Assembly (NCBI GenBank): GCA_964016885.1
Contig: OZ024740.1
Span: forward strand, 198,338,001 to 198,402,000
Direction: 5' to 3'
DNA: 64,000 bases
Source of the DNA: Eledone cirrhosa
Taxonomy: Eukaryota
Shown here: in pieces, positions 28,394-41,300 of the stretch
Position numbering within the stretch: the first letter of the stretch is position 1
Layout: each line of letters begins with the position of its first letter
Notes under the pieces: model-generated
Told to the model about the DNA's origin: nothing
The model's input: the letters and a program-made list of their open reading frames with translations, nothing else
Database searches by the model: none
Position numbers and translations under genes: made by a program

Positions 28394-31300
28394 TTACAGA
28401 TATATACTCAGAGTCGGCCCATTCACTCGGGCCATTCTTGCTTCTCTCACCCATCTTTCAACAAAATGCTGGGAAGAGAGCACTTCCCTCTCTACTCAGA
28501 TTTTCCTTTTCAAATGAAATTTGAAAAAGTCAATCAGAGCATCACCGAAGAGGTAAGTGCTCGTCTTCAGCCCTTTCAAACGTGTCCACCATACTATCTC
28601 TTTCGCCATGGCCACCAGACAGATAAAAACTGCCTGCCCTTCCCGGCTAAAGGAGGAGGGCGGGGCAATCCTCACGATGGATTAAGATGATAGCTGGATC
28701 CGTCCTAAACGCGACAGCAGGTGTTCGACATAAACCCACAAGTCAGCAATTTTCGGACACTGGACGAGTGCGTGCAGGACGGTTTCGTCGCCCTGCGCGC
28801 ATCTCGGACATGCCCGGCTGACGGCACCTCCATGCCTGTAGAGTTTATCCCGAACTGGCAAGGCTCCTCGGTAGCACTGCCAGGCCAGAGATTTCTGGAA
28901 GTTGTCCATAGGCCCTGGCCCGAAAGTTCTTCCGAAGAGATTGGCTAGTTGATTTTCGTCGACGCCTAGAGTTTCCCCAAGTACGTCGTCGCTCTTCCCC
29001 TCCACTAATCCTCTATAGAACGCCGAGGTGGAGTTTCCACCGATCACATTGCCCGATTGGTCTAGGGCTGTGAGCGCCTGAAGACATTCCAGTCTCCAGG
29101 CGCTCCCTCTCGGTCTTCGCTTGACCCAGGACTGCAGCTCCGTCAAGGAAACGAGCTGGGGAAACACGCGTGTAGCAAACGGCGACCACACCTGATCACC
29201 GTCGAGGAAGAGGTGGAGATGTCGTAGCCTGAGCGCGTGCCTGCGCATCATCAGCCACGGCATGCCCAGCCCTCCACGTAGCGGGTGTTGACAACAGATG
29301 GACCGCCTGACCATCGGAGCGCGTCCGTTCCACAAAAAGCGAAAGAGCAATCGCTCCAGCACAGTCAGGCGAGGCTTAGGACAAGGTACGACGGTCAGGC
29401 GGTAGCAGATGACGGACGCGATGTACGCGTTAGCCACCTCCGCTCGACCTTTCAGGGATAGCTTCCTCTCGGCCCAATTCTGGGTGAGAGAAGCCACCCT
29501 GCTCGTCACCTCGTCCCAGTTTTTGTCCGTCTGGAGGTCCGGACCGAACCAGACCCCTAGCAATTTAACCGGTCCGTCCGTCCAGCGTCCGACGACGCTG
29601 TTGGACGGCATGGACCTGCCTCTCCAGGTGCCGAGCCGCAGGCCCACTGACTTTTCCTGGTTGATCATTGCTCCTGTCACCGCTTCGTATTCTCTTAGTG
29701 TAGTGCCGATCGCCTCGATGTGTTTGGCGTTCGACACCACTACGGTGACATCGTACGCATATGCTGATACGGATCTTCCGCATCCTAGTTCGCGCGGGAC
29801 CCCCCTCAACGTCTCCAGTTTGTGCAGTAATGGCTCGAGAGTCAATACGTACAAGAGGGACGAGAGGGGACATCCTTGGCGGACCGAGCGCATGATGTTG
29901 AACGGTTCCGACAGGTGACCGTTCACTCTCACCACAGAGCAGATGTCGCTGTGCATGGCAGCGATCCAGCCTCTGAAGACGGGCCCAAAGCCAGCCGCCC
30001 TCAGGACTGCCGCTAGGTAACGATGGTCGACCCTATCGAAAGCTTTCGACTCATCTAAATTGATCAAGGACCCACCCGTGCCAGGTTCCCTAGCTACCCT
30101 CTCTACGATGTATCGCATGAGGTGGAGGTTGTCGTGGATGGATCTGTCGGGAATGGCGCATGTCTGCGCCTCTCCCACCAGACCACCAACGACAAGCGCC
30201 AACCTCTTTGCTAGCACCTTGGCCAAAATCTTAAACTCTGTGTTTAGCAGAGTTATGGGCCGGAAATTTTCTATGTTATCCCCCTTGTTCGGATCCTTTC
30301 TCAGCAGTGCCACCGCTCCTCGGCTCACAGAACTGGGAATTCTCCCGTTCTGTTGCCAGTTGCAGTAGACGTCCGCCAAGAGGCCTCCGAACAAGTCTGG
30401 CATCTGTACGTAAAGTTCATAGGGCAGACCATCCAAACCAGGCGATTTACCCCTTGTGCAGCCAGTCATTGCCTCCCTTACTTCAGCGGCTGTTATCGGC
30501 TTTTCGCAACACTTCGCCTCAGTGGCCGAGAGCCGCGGCAGTCCGTCGAGGTAGACACTAAAGTCCATCCCTCTACCCGGCCCACCGCTGCCCCCGAACA
30601 GCTGAGCGAAGTGTCGCTGAAAAGCTTCACACATTTGCCCGGGATCGAGTAGCATGAGCCCGTCGTGGTCCACCAAAGACCGGATCGTGGCTTTGTTGCC
30701 ACGACGCGCCTCCGCCACTCGGGCCCATTGAACGGCTTTCGTCCCCTCGTGTCTGAGAGCACGCACCCTTGCTCTGACAACGCAGCCTTCGTGCTTTGCA
30801 TTGAAGAATTGGTCAAGGGCCAATTTCGCCGCAAGCACGTCGGTCGCAATGCCTTTGCTAAGCGCCTCGTCTAATTTTCTAACTAGTTCTCCCTCTGCTC
30901 TATTTTTCTCTATTGCTAAAGCCTTACTAAATCTAATCGATTCTATTCTAATCGCTCTTTTCAGAGCAAACCACCACTTGTTGTTGACGATGGCCCCCGT
31001 CAACGCCCGCTTAACTAGTTCGCTAATCCGGTCTCTGTAGGCCTTTCGCGCTGGTAAGGACGCGTTTAGCTTCCAGTAGCCGGGTCCTCGTCTATGAAGC
31101 CTATCTAAGTCAAGCACACAGATCACGAATTTGTGGTCCGTGTAGCTGACTATCTTGAATTGTGGACAGCCTATGCTAGACCTATCTATTTCCCTACAAA
31201 ATACTCTATCTAGATATGATCTGGATGACCCTATGCGATTTGTCCAAGTCCACATTGGCACATTCGGGAAATCCAATCGGTACCTGTCAGACAGTTCAAA

Positions 31301-31813
31301 ACGCCTGAGCAGGTTGGTGAGGCTCTTGCACCCTCCACCCATATCCGCTAATCCCACACAGTCCCAGCGTGCATCTAAGATCCCGTTCCAGTCGCCCACT
31401 AACACTAAAGAGCGCGACGTTCCAAGAAAGGTCTCCAGACGCCGGAAGAAATCAGGCCGCCCTGCTCCTGTCGTGGCATAGACGGCCACTAGCCTGAAAG
31501 CTTGCCCGTCTCCGCTGGTCACGTCCAGCACCACCAGCTTACCCTCTGGGTCCAGGAAGATGGCCCGTATGGCGAGATCCAAAACTCTCCGAAAAAGTAC
31601 AGCAACTCCTCCACCGGATCCAGGACGGCTGGGAGATGCGTACACATCGTAGCCGCCGAAGATCGGTGCGAAGGCCCGTGCTTCGGAGATTCTGGTCTCG
31701 CTGATGGCCACTACATCTATGTTTAGTGACCTGAGGTCGTTGAGCAGGTGACCCTGCTTCCACGACGACCCCAAGCCACGCGCATTTATGCTGCCTATTC
31801 TGAGTGAGGTCAT
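28394..31813 (-). pseudogene. Tx1 ORF2 (APE endonuclease, reverse transcriptase, CCHC)
   Basis: SINARGL, ISET, GDWN, SYLDR, TDH; PGLDG, FRPITLLN, KAFDRV, QGCPLS. YADD is mutated to YAYD. Premature stop at 28682, with the homologous frame continuing to about 28394. Confidence 0.9.
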
Positions 31814-31848
31814 GTTTAAAATAGAGTGGAAAAGATGGGAAAGACCAC

Positions 31849-33945
31849 TTACCGTACTTTTGGTAGAGGAGGGATGGTTTTTACATCCCTTTTCACTTGA
31901 TCATCTGGTGAAGGGACCGTTGAATCGTCCCTTCGGCTGGTCGTCGGCTCTTCTAAGAGAATGTCTGAGTATACTCTTCGATTGATGGTTCCTCCTAGGT
32001 CCCTGAAATCACCAACTGCGTTGGGGAATTTCGTTTTAATATTTGTGTATTGTTTCTGTGCTATTTTTAGCAGTCTTATGTTAGTTGGCGTTTTGATTGG
32101 TGCTGGTATTATGTAGTCCTGTTGTGAAATGTCTGTGTGTTCAATTATGTAAGTCATTAGTTTCTTGTTGTGTGTATTTATTGTCGTGCATTTGTTTTTC
32201 TGGGGGTGGGGTGTGGTTCTGCTATTTTCTTGTCGTTGTTGCTGGGTGTGTGTGTTTTGTTGTTGTGTTTGCGATGTTGGTGCTTGTGGTGGTGGTGTTG
32301 AAGGTGTTGTTGGCGGTGGGGTTGTCGCCGGTGGTGATGGTGGCGCTAGTGTGGGTGGTGATGGTGTTGGTGTTGTTGCTGCTGTGGGTCTCTTTGCAGT
32401 AGACTTTACCCTTTTCTCATTTCTGTCCTCCCTTTTCAAAGGCGACGATGCGCTGCTTCTGCGTTTGTGCCTTCTTACGACCTTTTGCCATCTCTCTCCC
32501 ACCTCACACTCCATGTCTGATTCTGTGAGGTCGGGGAGGGGTACCAACTCCACTCTTTCACTTGTTGTTGTTGGTGATGTTTGCACTGGAGTCTCTGTTG
32601 CAGCTGCATTTGGTATTGCTGTTGTTGTTGTTAGTATTTCCACTGCTGCTGCTGTTTTTGATTTCCGTGGAGTGGGTATGGGTGCCACGGGCCTATCGTT
32701 CCTGGTTGCCGCTTGTCCTGTTGCTGGTAGCCGTGGAGCCGGATTCGGAAGGAGGGGGGTTTTCTCCTTTCTCAGGGTCTTCTCGTTGCAGAAGGCCCTG
32801 AGGTGAGTCTTCGATCCACAGCGAAAGCATTTCGGGCGTTTGCCCTCAACACTTATGGGCAGTTGAGTGCCGTTATCGAAGTCTATCACATCCGGGATAG
32901 CTTCGATGCACTCCTGGTTGGTTTGGATTAGCATCTCAATGGAGGAGCCGACCCAATCTTCTCTTACTTTTTTCTGTACTTGCAGTACAGTTGTTTTGTC
33001 CTCGATTCCGACGAGGACAGACGCGGCCAGCCAAGAAGGGGTCATTCCGGGGGGGGACGTGGGTCAGTTTGACCCTCACAATTTTTTGCCCACAGTAGGA
33101 GGGCACCAACACCATTTCCTCGCTCCTTAGGGTCACTACTGATTGGGCCTTTGCCTCCTGGGGTGTGGCAAAAAGTACGTCTACGGTGGCATATTTTTTG
33201 CCTCGGGTGATGTGCGTTTTCCGCTGCCACACAGACCCCAAGGCTTTTTGTATTTGGGCCTCTGTGGCTCTTTCCACCCTACGGGATTTTGTACTTACTG
33301 TACGGTACGTGACCGTACAGTGCTCTTGGGTTTCGAAAATTTTTTCGCTGCCTTGCAGATTGCTCGGTGTCCGTTCTTTGTCACCATCTTCTTCGCTTCC
33401 TCTAATTCCTCATTTGTTATGAGGATTGTTTCCAAGTTTTTCGCAATACCTGCAAATGAGATTGGTTTTTCTGTGCTGTTGTTGTTGTCGTCAGAGCTGC
33501 TGGTACTTTTGTTGTTGCTGCAGGTACTACGACTACTGCCTCCGCCGCTGTTGCTGTGGTTGTTGTTGGTGTTGCTGCTGCTAATGCTGTTGTTGTTTAT
33601 GCTGCTGGTGATGCTGTTGCGGCTGCTACTGTTGTTTTCATTGTCACTGTTGCTGTTGTTATTACGGCTGCTACTGCTATTATTCCTGACGTCAGACGAA
33701 TGAACTGGGTTTTCGTATTTCCCGCACACCTGTTTCGTCGCTGTCGTCGTCGTCGTGGAGAAACCTTGCACGCTTTGCACGAGACTTTTCTTTTCTTTCG
33801 TCACTTGCGAAAGAGAAGGGAGGGAGAGAGACACATTTAAAGAAGGGAGGGAGAGAGACAATCTTCTCTCTGCTGTAGTGATGATTGAGGAAGAAGAAGA
33901 CGGAATGAGTGGGAGTGACGTATGAAATTTCTTTTTCGTAGCCAT
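31849..33945 (-). pseudogene. Tx1 ORF1 (gag-like, CCHC), broken by two frameshifts
   Basis: Split over ORFs 33295..33945, 32936..33277 and 31849..33045. N/S-rich N-terminus, CX2CX4HX4C knuckle, P/T-rich tail. Confidence 0.85.
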
Positions 33946-36849
33946 GTTGTTTTTTGTTTAAAATGAAATTTTGGGTACAAAACCCCAATAACTGATTATT
34001 TAACCCCGAAGGGCCAAATAACGGACAGAAAGACCCCTCTCACGAGGAGGAGGGTGTCTTTATCAACAATTTGGTTCAAGTTTTAAACAATTTACAATTG
34101 TTTTAACGGTTAAAAATTACTATACCTTACAGAGCCGAGCCTCCGTCAACCATGGCATTCAATAATAATAATAATAATAATAACAACAACAACAATAGTA
34201 GTAGTAGTAGTAGAAGTAGTAGTAGTAGTAATAGTAATATGTGGAAGTATTCATATTGGATCACCTTCAAACATATATTGTGGAAAAATATTACCGAAGA
34301 AAAAGTTATAAAACTTACCCATATAACTATTCTATTACTGAACCAACTACACGTTCAGTTTTTATTCCTTTATCTCATTAAAAATGAATGTTATGGGTAA
34401 TCTATGAATATCATTCATGGTAAAGCTTAATCGATAAATCTTGAATTATTTATATAAGATTTGATTCTTCTGTAAAGTTTCTGCAGAAGAAGGGTAATAT
34501 TATTTATTAACGTATGGATAGATATGATTCTCTGTATTATCCTTCCTAATATAGCGTATATATCTTGTCTTGACAGATTCAATTGTATTCTAAACTTGCA
34601 AGTGTATTAAATTTAAATATCAGATATTCTGTTTAATTACATGCCAGTCCTTTACCAAAACATAGCTTTATCTAATGTTTTCCACTTAAGTATTGTTAAA
34701 TATCGTATTTCTATTGTTAAAACAGAAACAAAGCAAGCTTTGTTGTTGATCTTAATTCCCCAAGAACACCCAGTACATTAGAGAACATTGTTTTCGATTT
34801 GAGCGAATGTATTTGAAGACCATTTTCCGTGCTAAAGTAAATATTATTATTGCGGGCTCTATGATACACTTCATACTCAACTGGTCGGACTTTTCGTGAC
34901 AATGTTTTACAACTGGATGTTGTTCCTAGCACCATCACGTTTAGCTATTTTCATATATTCTGAGACAAAACGTGACGTGCTCTGGATATGATACTGCTTT
35001 CTACCAGTTATGTCCCCACTCAAGAGTGGTTCATATACATTTGTTCACTCTTTTTATTAAAAGATGGTGTATTAAAAATCTATGGTGTCTAATTCAAATT
35101 AAACTGACGAACCTCTTGATAATGAACACATTCCATTTCTATTGCAGTTAATTGGAACCATTCTCCCAGCGTCTTGTTGCCTAGCTTTAGAAATTAACCA
35201 GTAATATTGTCGGGGATTTACATTGGGTTTATCTAAAATTATTACTAAGCTACAAATTTGCATGGTCTTTAGAACATCGGATAGAACGCTTGCCATATTT
35301 GTTCTAGCCCACTGCACTCTGAATTGAAAACCATCAAGATCAACTTTATATCAGTTCATTCTCAGTCTATCAGTTCATTCTCTGTCCTCTTTTATTTTTT
35401 CCTTGAGAAGAATTCAACTGTATTCAGACTTTACTATTGTGAGTCACATAACATTACGAACAACAGATGTACCGTCATTTAATGTATGTTATCGTAACGA
35501 AACATATATCTGTGATCGGAGATACTTTGAGTCTGGGCTAACCTAGGGTTCATTGACAATAATAATAATGACATATTTCAGAGAATGTCTGTAGATGTCT
35601 GATTTCAAATATTTTCCATAAAAAGATCTAGCTGTCTCCTAGAAGATTTCCTGAAATAATATGCAAATTATTTCTGATGCCATCCATCGTAAATTACAGT
35701 TTTGTAATAACATAGAATAAATAATTATGAAGTTGTTATTAAGAATGGTTCATTGTCATCATTGTTTAATTACAGTAGTGGATGACTAACATTTCCATCT
35801 ATACAACGCAGCTCTCATGATCAGTTGTGATCCTATAGTTGAGTTAATTGCCCAGGCACTACAGCTATTATTAACAGTTGTAGTATCGTGGTTGGACGAT
35901 TAGCTCACAATCCTCCTGCACACATCACTGCTTTCATAATCAGTTGTAGTCTCATAGCCCTTTGAGTAACTCATTCTTCCCCCACGTAGTGCAGCTATCA
36001 TAATCAGTTATTGTCCAGTCCCGTAATCAGGTAATTATCCCCGACTATGTAATGGGATTTGACTCCCATAGTGGAAACGATTATTTTTCTTTGTTTGTAA
36101 CTCAGAAAGCAAAGTGCCGGAACAGATTCTGCAAAGTGTCTCGTCCGACACGTTTCAATTACTCCAATCCACCTACATAGACTTTATTTTGTTGACCCCG
36201 AAAATATGAAAAGCAAAATTTACCATCGCAGGATATGAACTCCTGCCACTTCTCAGTCAATTAGTATCCTGGTTAAGACCAGTATAATCCTAATCACTTA
36301 GATTTATAATGAAAGGTATTATGGCATTATCCTTCCCTTCAATATAGTGGTATGTATAAGTGCATTATCTAAGGTGACCTTCCATCTTCTTTAAAATGCT
36401 ATGACGTGATATCAAGGACATTTAGCTGCTGTTTCTGTAAGGTTGTACGCCGACATAGTGACACTCACATTAGCTAAAATATCCATTACTATAACAAAAG
36501 AATAATGGAAGAATTGATGAAACATCAACAAAGACACAGACTTAGTGTTCTAATGTAACCTCATCTTGTGTCACATATAAAATATGTGGGCAATAGAGAC
36601 CAATCATAATATTATGTTATACAATTATAATCATCTGTACACAGTTCTATAGTACATGTGTGAGACTTATCAGCTTCTACGCATTATATTTCGTGTATAT
36701 CCATTGACTCTGGGCAGTACGTTGCAATCATTATACAGTCGATATGGAAACGTATGAATGATTCATCAAATTTTGTTTAATATAATTTTGCATGAATTTT
36801 CCCCGTGATCATTATCTGAGACTTGTAGAAAGAAGGAACGAAGTAATAG

Positions 36850-36980
36850 ACACATTATCTTCTGATAGATTCTTCCCTCCTACATCTTGCCTATGGAATT
36901 CTCTCCGGCTTCTTGCTTTTCTGACCATCACAATTTCCAAACATTCAAAAGCAGTATGAATCGTCGTCTTCTCTCTACTT
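36850..36980 (+). mobile_element. LINE 3' end fragment (CR1/I-like)
   Basis: FFPPTSCLWNSL...FQTFKSSMNR, typical of LINE ORF2 termini. Confidence 0.5.
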
Positions 36981-37717
36981 GAAGTATGTCTTGTCCTTTT
37001 TCATTCTCAGTAACCCTTTGCATTTTATTGACCTTATTGCTTTGCTTGGGGTGAGTAAATTAAAAAAGATATCCGAGATATCATGCAGTAGTATGTATAT
37101 CGTTAAAAACCACATATAGGTGGTAAAACAATGAATTAAGTCTAATATCCAACAACAAGAACGGTCTATCATACGATCCCTGTCTTGTTTGAGAAATCTG
37201 TCTGCTACGTAAGTTAGTCAATTTTTATATACCATTTAAGTTTGTCTTCTCCAAACCAGCGATGCATTGCTATAGGCTTTTATTGAGTACTTTATAAATT
37301 ACACATTAGAATTACATATCTTAGTTCAGAGGCTGTAAAACGAATTTGTTTGGCCTCTGCAAATGGATCAACAAATTATCACTTCCTCGTCAACCATAAA
37401 TTATTACAACTTCGAGTGTTCTCCTTCCAATGAATTTATTTAAAACCGAAAACTGTTGCTAAAATATTTCCATTTAGCAATGAATATGAGATAAAATGAA
37501 TTAGATGAAATGTATATTTGTGTATACTTATATGTATCTGTGTTTACATATAGATGAGTATGTGCATACTTGTGGGCGTATGCATTTAGATTTGAGTAAC
37601 AGTGACACACATCTTACGACATCGTGTGTTATTTTGTTATTGAAGCAGAATGAGACCACTGCACAATCTCAGTAAGTGTTTTCAAAATTGCAAAACATAA
37701 CTACTTGGATTTAAGTA

Positions 37718-37762
<45 letters not shown>

Positions 37763-38249
37763 TGTGTGTATGTGTCTGTGTCTCTGTGTGTTAATGTATA
37801 ATTGTGCGTCAAGGGGTTTACAAAGTATGATGCATACATACGTTATATACACAAAAACAAAATAGATAGTGACACAAACAATTACCGTCGCCGTTCCAAA
37901 AACTTTCAACGGTAAATAGCCAATATATATTCACAAACAAGAAGAGAGAATAAGGTTAAACTAGGAAAAGGGAAACCATATAAACAAAGTTTAGTGTGCA
38001 GAAATAGAGAAATGGGTAAACTCTACACAGCGAACAAGTTGGCGTACGCGGTATTGTTTCGCGCTTCTACTTTGTCAGCAAAGAAACCATCATTTCGATT
38101 TTGTGGATAAAATCTGTAGCCCAGGTCCGGAGGGCACTGGAAGTTTTGATGACGTCTGGCGCCCATGGGAAAATTTAGCTAGCAACCTTCAGGAGTAGAG
38201 CGAGGGTTGGTGATGTGAAATGTGTGTTTGTGTCAAGGAGTTATTAGAC

Positions 38250-38370
38250 TATCGGTAGAGGGTTGGACGCCATGCTTTGCAGCATAGAGTTACGGCACTT
38301 TATGATCTGAGATCAAATCCCGCCGAGGTTAAATTTTCCTTTCATCATTACGGGGTTGATAAAATAAAGT
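38250..38370 (+). mobile_element. SINE 5' half abutting a Tx1 5'UTR
   Basis: Matches the SINE from TATCGGTAGAG to GATAAAATAAAGT; the tail is absent. Confidence 0.75.
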
Positions 38371-41300
38371 TATCGAAAGTCCTATATAATAAATTTTACA
38401 TCGCTGTGTAGTTAAAGAACCCCTCTGTCAAAGGAAGTGGATATTTTAACTGTATATCGTGCCCTTGAGGGCTAAATTTGCTTTTATTTACAATCATAAC
38501 CCCCAAATTTTGTTTAAAAAAACATGTCGGAAAAAAAATTGTCCACAGGGAGGAACAGCGAATTGTTCGGAGGGTGGAACAGCCAGTCCCACCCAATCAC
38601 AAGGCAAAAGTAAAAAAACAAGAGAAACAACAGCAGCAGAGACAGCGACAGTGGTAGTGACAACAGCAGCAGCAGCCATTGGAACTGTAGTAGCAGTAGT
38701 GGAAATTACAACGAAAAGTTTCCTGCGTTACAAAAATCAAACACCACCACGATCACCCCAATAACAACAATAACAACAGCAACAGCCATAAAGAACCCAA
38801 AGAACAACAACTATAACAGCAGCAACACAGAGGGGAAAAAAACAAAAAAACACCAACGACGGCAACAAAGACAAAACTAGTGACGTGTCAACACAAATCA
38901 AAACAAACACGTCTTTCGCTAAAGCGACAAACAGTTTTGAACAAGTACACATCACTAACGAAGAGATAAAACAAGCAAAGGTCTTGGTTAAGAAAGACCG
39001 GACACAGGGTAAGTCTCACTCGCCCAGCTGAGATAATAAGAAACAAGCTTTTGTGTTCGGTCAGTTACCGCACGATCGGATCAAAATCCAGGCGAGTTGA
39101 ACGGGCAACGGAATCACAGGTCCAAAGAGCTGTGGGCACCGTCTGGGCACGGAAAACATATATAGCCCGGGGATCGAGATATGGAACTGTGGATGTGCTC
39201 TTCGCTACACCAGACGAAGCCAGAGAACACTCCATTGCGCCACTCCGCAGTGACGAAATCATAATGATGCCCACATACTGCGGCCAGACAATCTGGAAGG
39301 TTCGAGTGGGCCAGGTTCCGCCCTCAAGTGGAGATGACGTGTTTGATGGCTGCCGTTGAGGATTCAACAACCATACACAACGTCATGCGAATAAGACAGG
39401 AAAATTGGACAGGGTCGGGGATGGAGCTAATCATCCAAGCAAACCATGAGAACATTGAAGCCATTCCCGATGTAATAGACCTGGACGACGGCAGCCATAG
39501 ACCCGTGACTGTCGAAGGAATGCGCCCAAGGTGTCATGGATGCGGCGACAAGACGCACCTTAAGCCATTCTGCCCCAACCTTACCAAAACAGGCTTGCGC
39601 CCACCCCTTCTCCCCACGCCGTTCCCTGCAACTGGAGAAGACAAACAAACAGAGACCACAGTGGGAGAAGAGAAATAACCATCCCCAACAACAAAAACTC
39701 CATCTCTTCCACCACCCACAAAACCAATGGAAAGCATACCCCTTCCTGATTTAGCAAATCGGACAAAGAGTGCGATGAGGCCGAAGAGTGGAGACCTAGT
39801 CCAACAAAAAAGGAAGAACTCCCAACCCTGATCCCCTTCAAAAAAGAGGAAGAAAGAACTCTAAAAAAAAGAAAATGAAAACTACCCCACCTCCTCCACC
39901 ACCATCAACAGCCACACCCCCACAACCACCTACTCACCATCAGCACCACCACCACCACCAAAACCACCGCCAACCTTAGCATCTACCCCATCATCACCTC
40001 CAACAACACGACAGCAAACACAGAAAGCACCAACACCCAAACAACAGACACAATACACAGCCATAGACAACAACAAATGGTGGGTTGCTCTGAGAAGAGC
40101 GATTAGAATAGGGTCCATTAGAGAAAAATAGGGCAGAGGGAGAACTAGTTACAAAATTAGACGAGGCGTTTTGCAAACGCATCGCGACTGACGGAGTTGC
40201 GGAGAAATTGGCCTTTGACCAATTATTCAATGCAAAGCACGAAGGCTGCGTTGTTAGAGCTAGGGTGCGTGCTCTCAGATACGAGGGGACGAAAACCGTT
40301 CAATGGGCCCGAGTGGCGGAGGCGCGACGTGGCAACAAAGCCACGATCCGGTCTTTGGTGGACCACGATGGGCGCCTGTTACTTGATCCCGGGAAAATGT
40401 GTGAAGCTTTTCAGCAACACTTAGCTCAGCTGTTCGGGGCAGCGGCGGGCCGTATCGAGGGATGGACTTTAGTGCCTACCTCGACGGACTGATGCGGTTC
40501 TCGGCCACTGAGGCGGAGTGTTGCGAAAAGCCGATAACGGCCGCAGAAGTACGGGAGACAATGACTGGCTGCACATGGGGTAAATGGCTTGGTTTGGATG
40601 GTCTGCAATATGAACTTTATGTACAGATGCCAGACTTGTTCGGAGGCCTCTTGGCGGACGTCTACTGCAACTGGCAACAGAACGGGAGAATTCCCAGCTC
40701 TGTGAGCCGAGGAGCGGTGGTGTTGCTGAGAAAGGATCCGAACAAGGGGGATAACATAGATAATTTCAGGCCCATAACTCTGCTAAACACAGAGTTCAAG
40801 ATTTTGGCCAATGTGCTAGCAAAGAGATTGGAGCTTGTCGTTGGTGGTCTGGTGGGAGAGACGTAGACATGCGCCATTCCCGACAGATCCATCACCGACA
40901 ACCTCCACCTCATGCGATACATTGTGGAGAGGGTAGCTAGGGAACCTGGTACGGGTGGGTCCTTGATCAATTTAGATGAGTCGAAAGCTTTCGATAGGGT
41001 CGACCATCGTTACCTTGCGACAGTCCTGAGGGCGGCTGGCTTTGGGCCCGTCTTCAGAGGCTGGATCGCTGCCATGCACAGCGACATCTGCTCTGTAGTG
41101 AGAGTGAACGGTCACCTTTCGGAACCGTTCAACATCATGCGTTCGGTTCGCCAAGGATGTCCCCTCTCGTCCCTCTTGTACGTTTTGACTCTCGAGCCAT
41201 TACTGCACAAACTGGAAACGTTGAGGGGGATCCCGCGTGAACTAGGATGCGGAAGATCCGTGTCACCATATGCGGACGATGTCACCGTAGTGGTGTCGAA

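Larger units (their letters stand above)
28131..34160 (-). mobile_element. Full-length Tx1-clade LINE, subfamily A (defective)
   Basis: 5'UTR, frameshifted ORF1 with CFRCGSKTHLRAFC knuckle, ORF2 with APE, RT and CCHC. AATAAA just before an (ATT)n tail; (ATT)n also at the 5' end. Confidence 0.93.

Noticed and set aside
29409-33840. Antisense ORFs over Tx1 and Dong elements
   Set aside because: Shadow frames of GC-richer or low-complexity TE coding sequence.
34700-35320. Candidate second exon of the receptor
   Set aside because: No W..C-D..D-V..S-I..DRY pattern in the frames examined.
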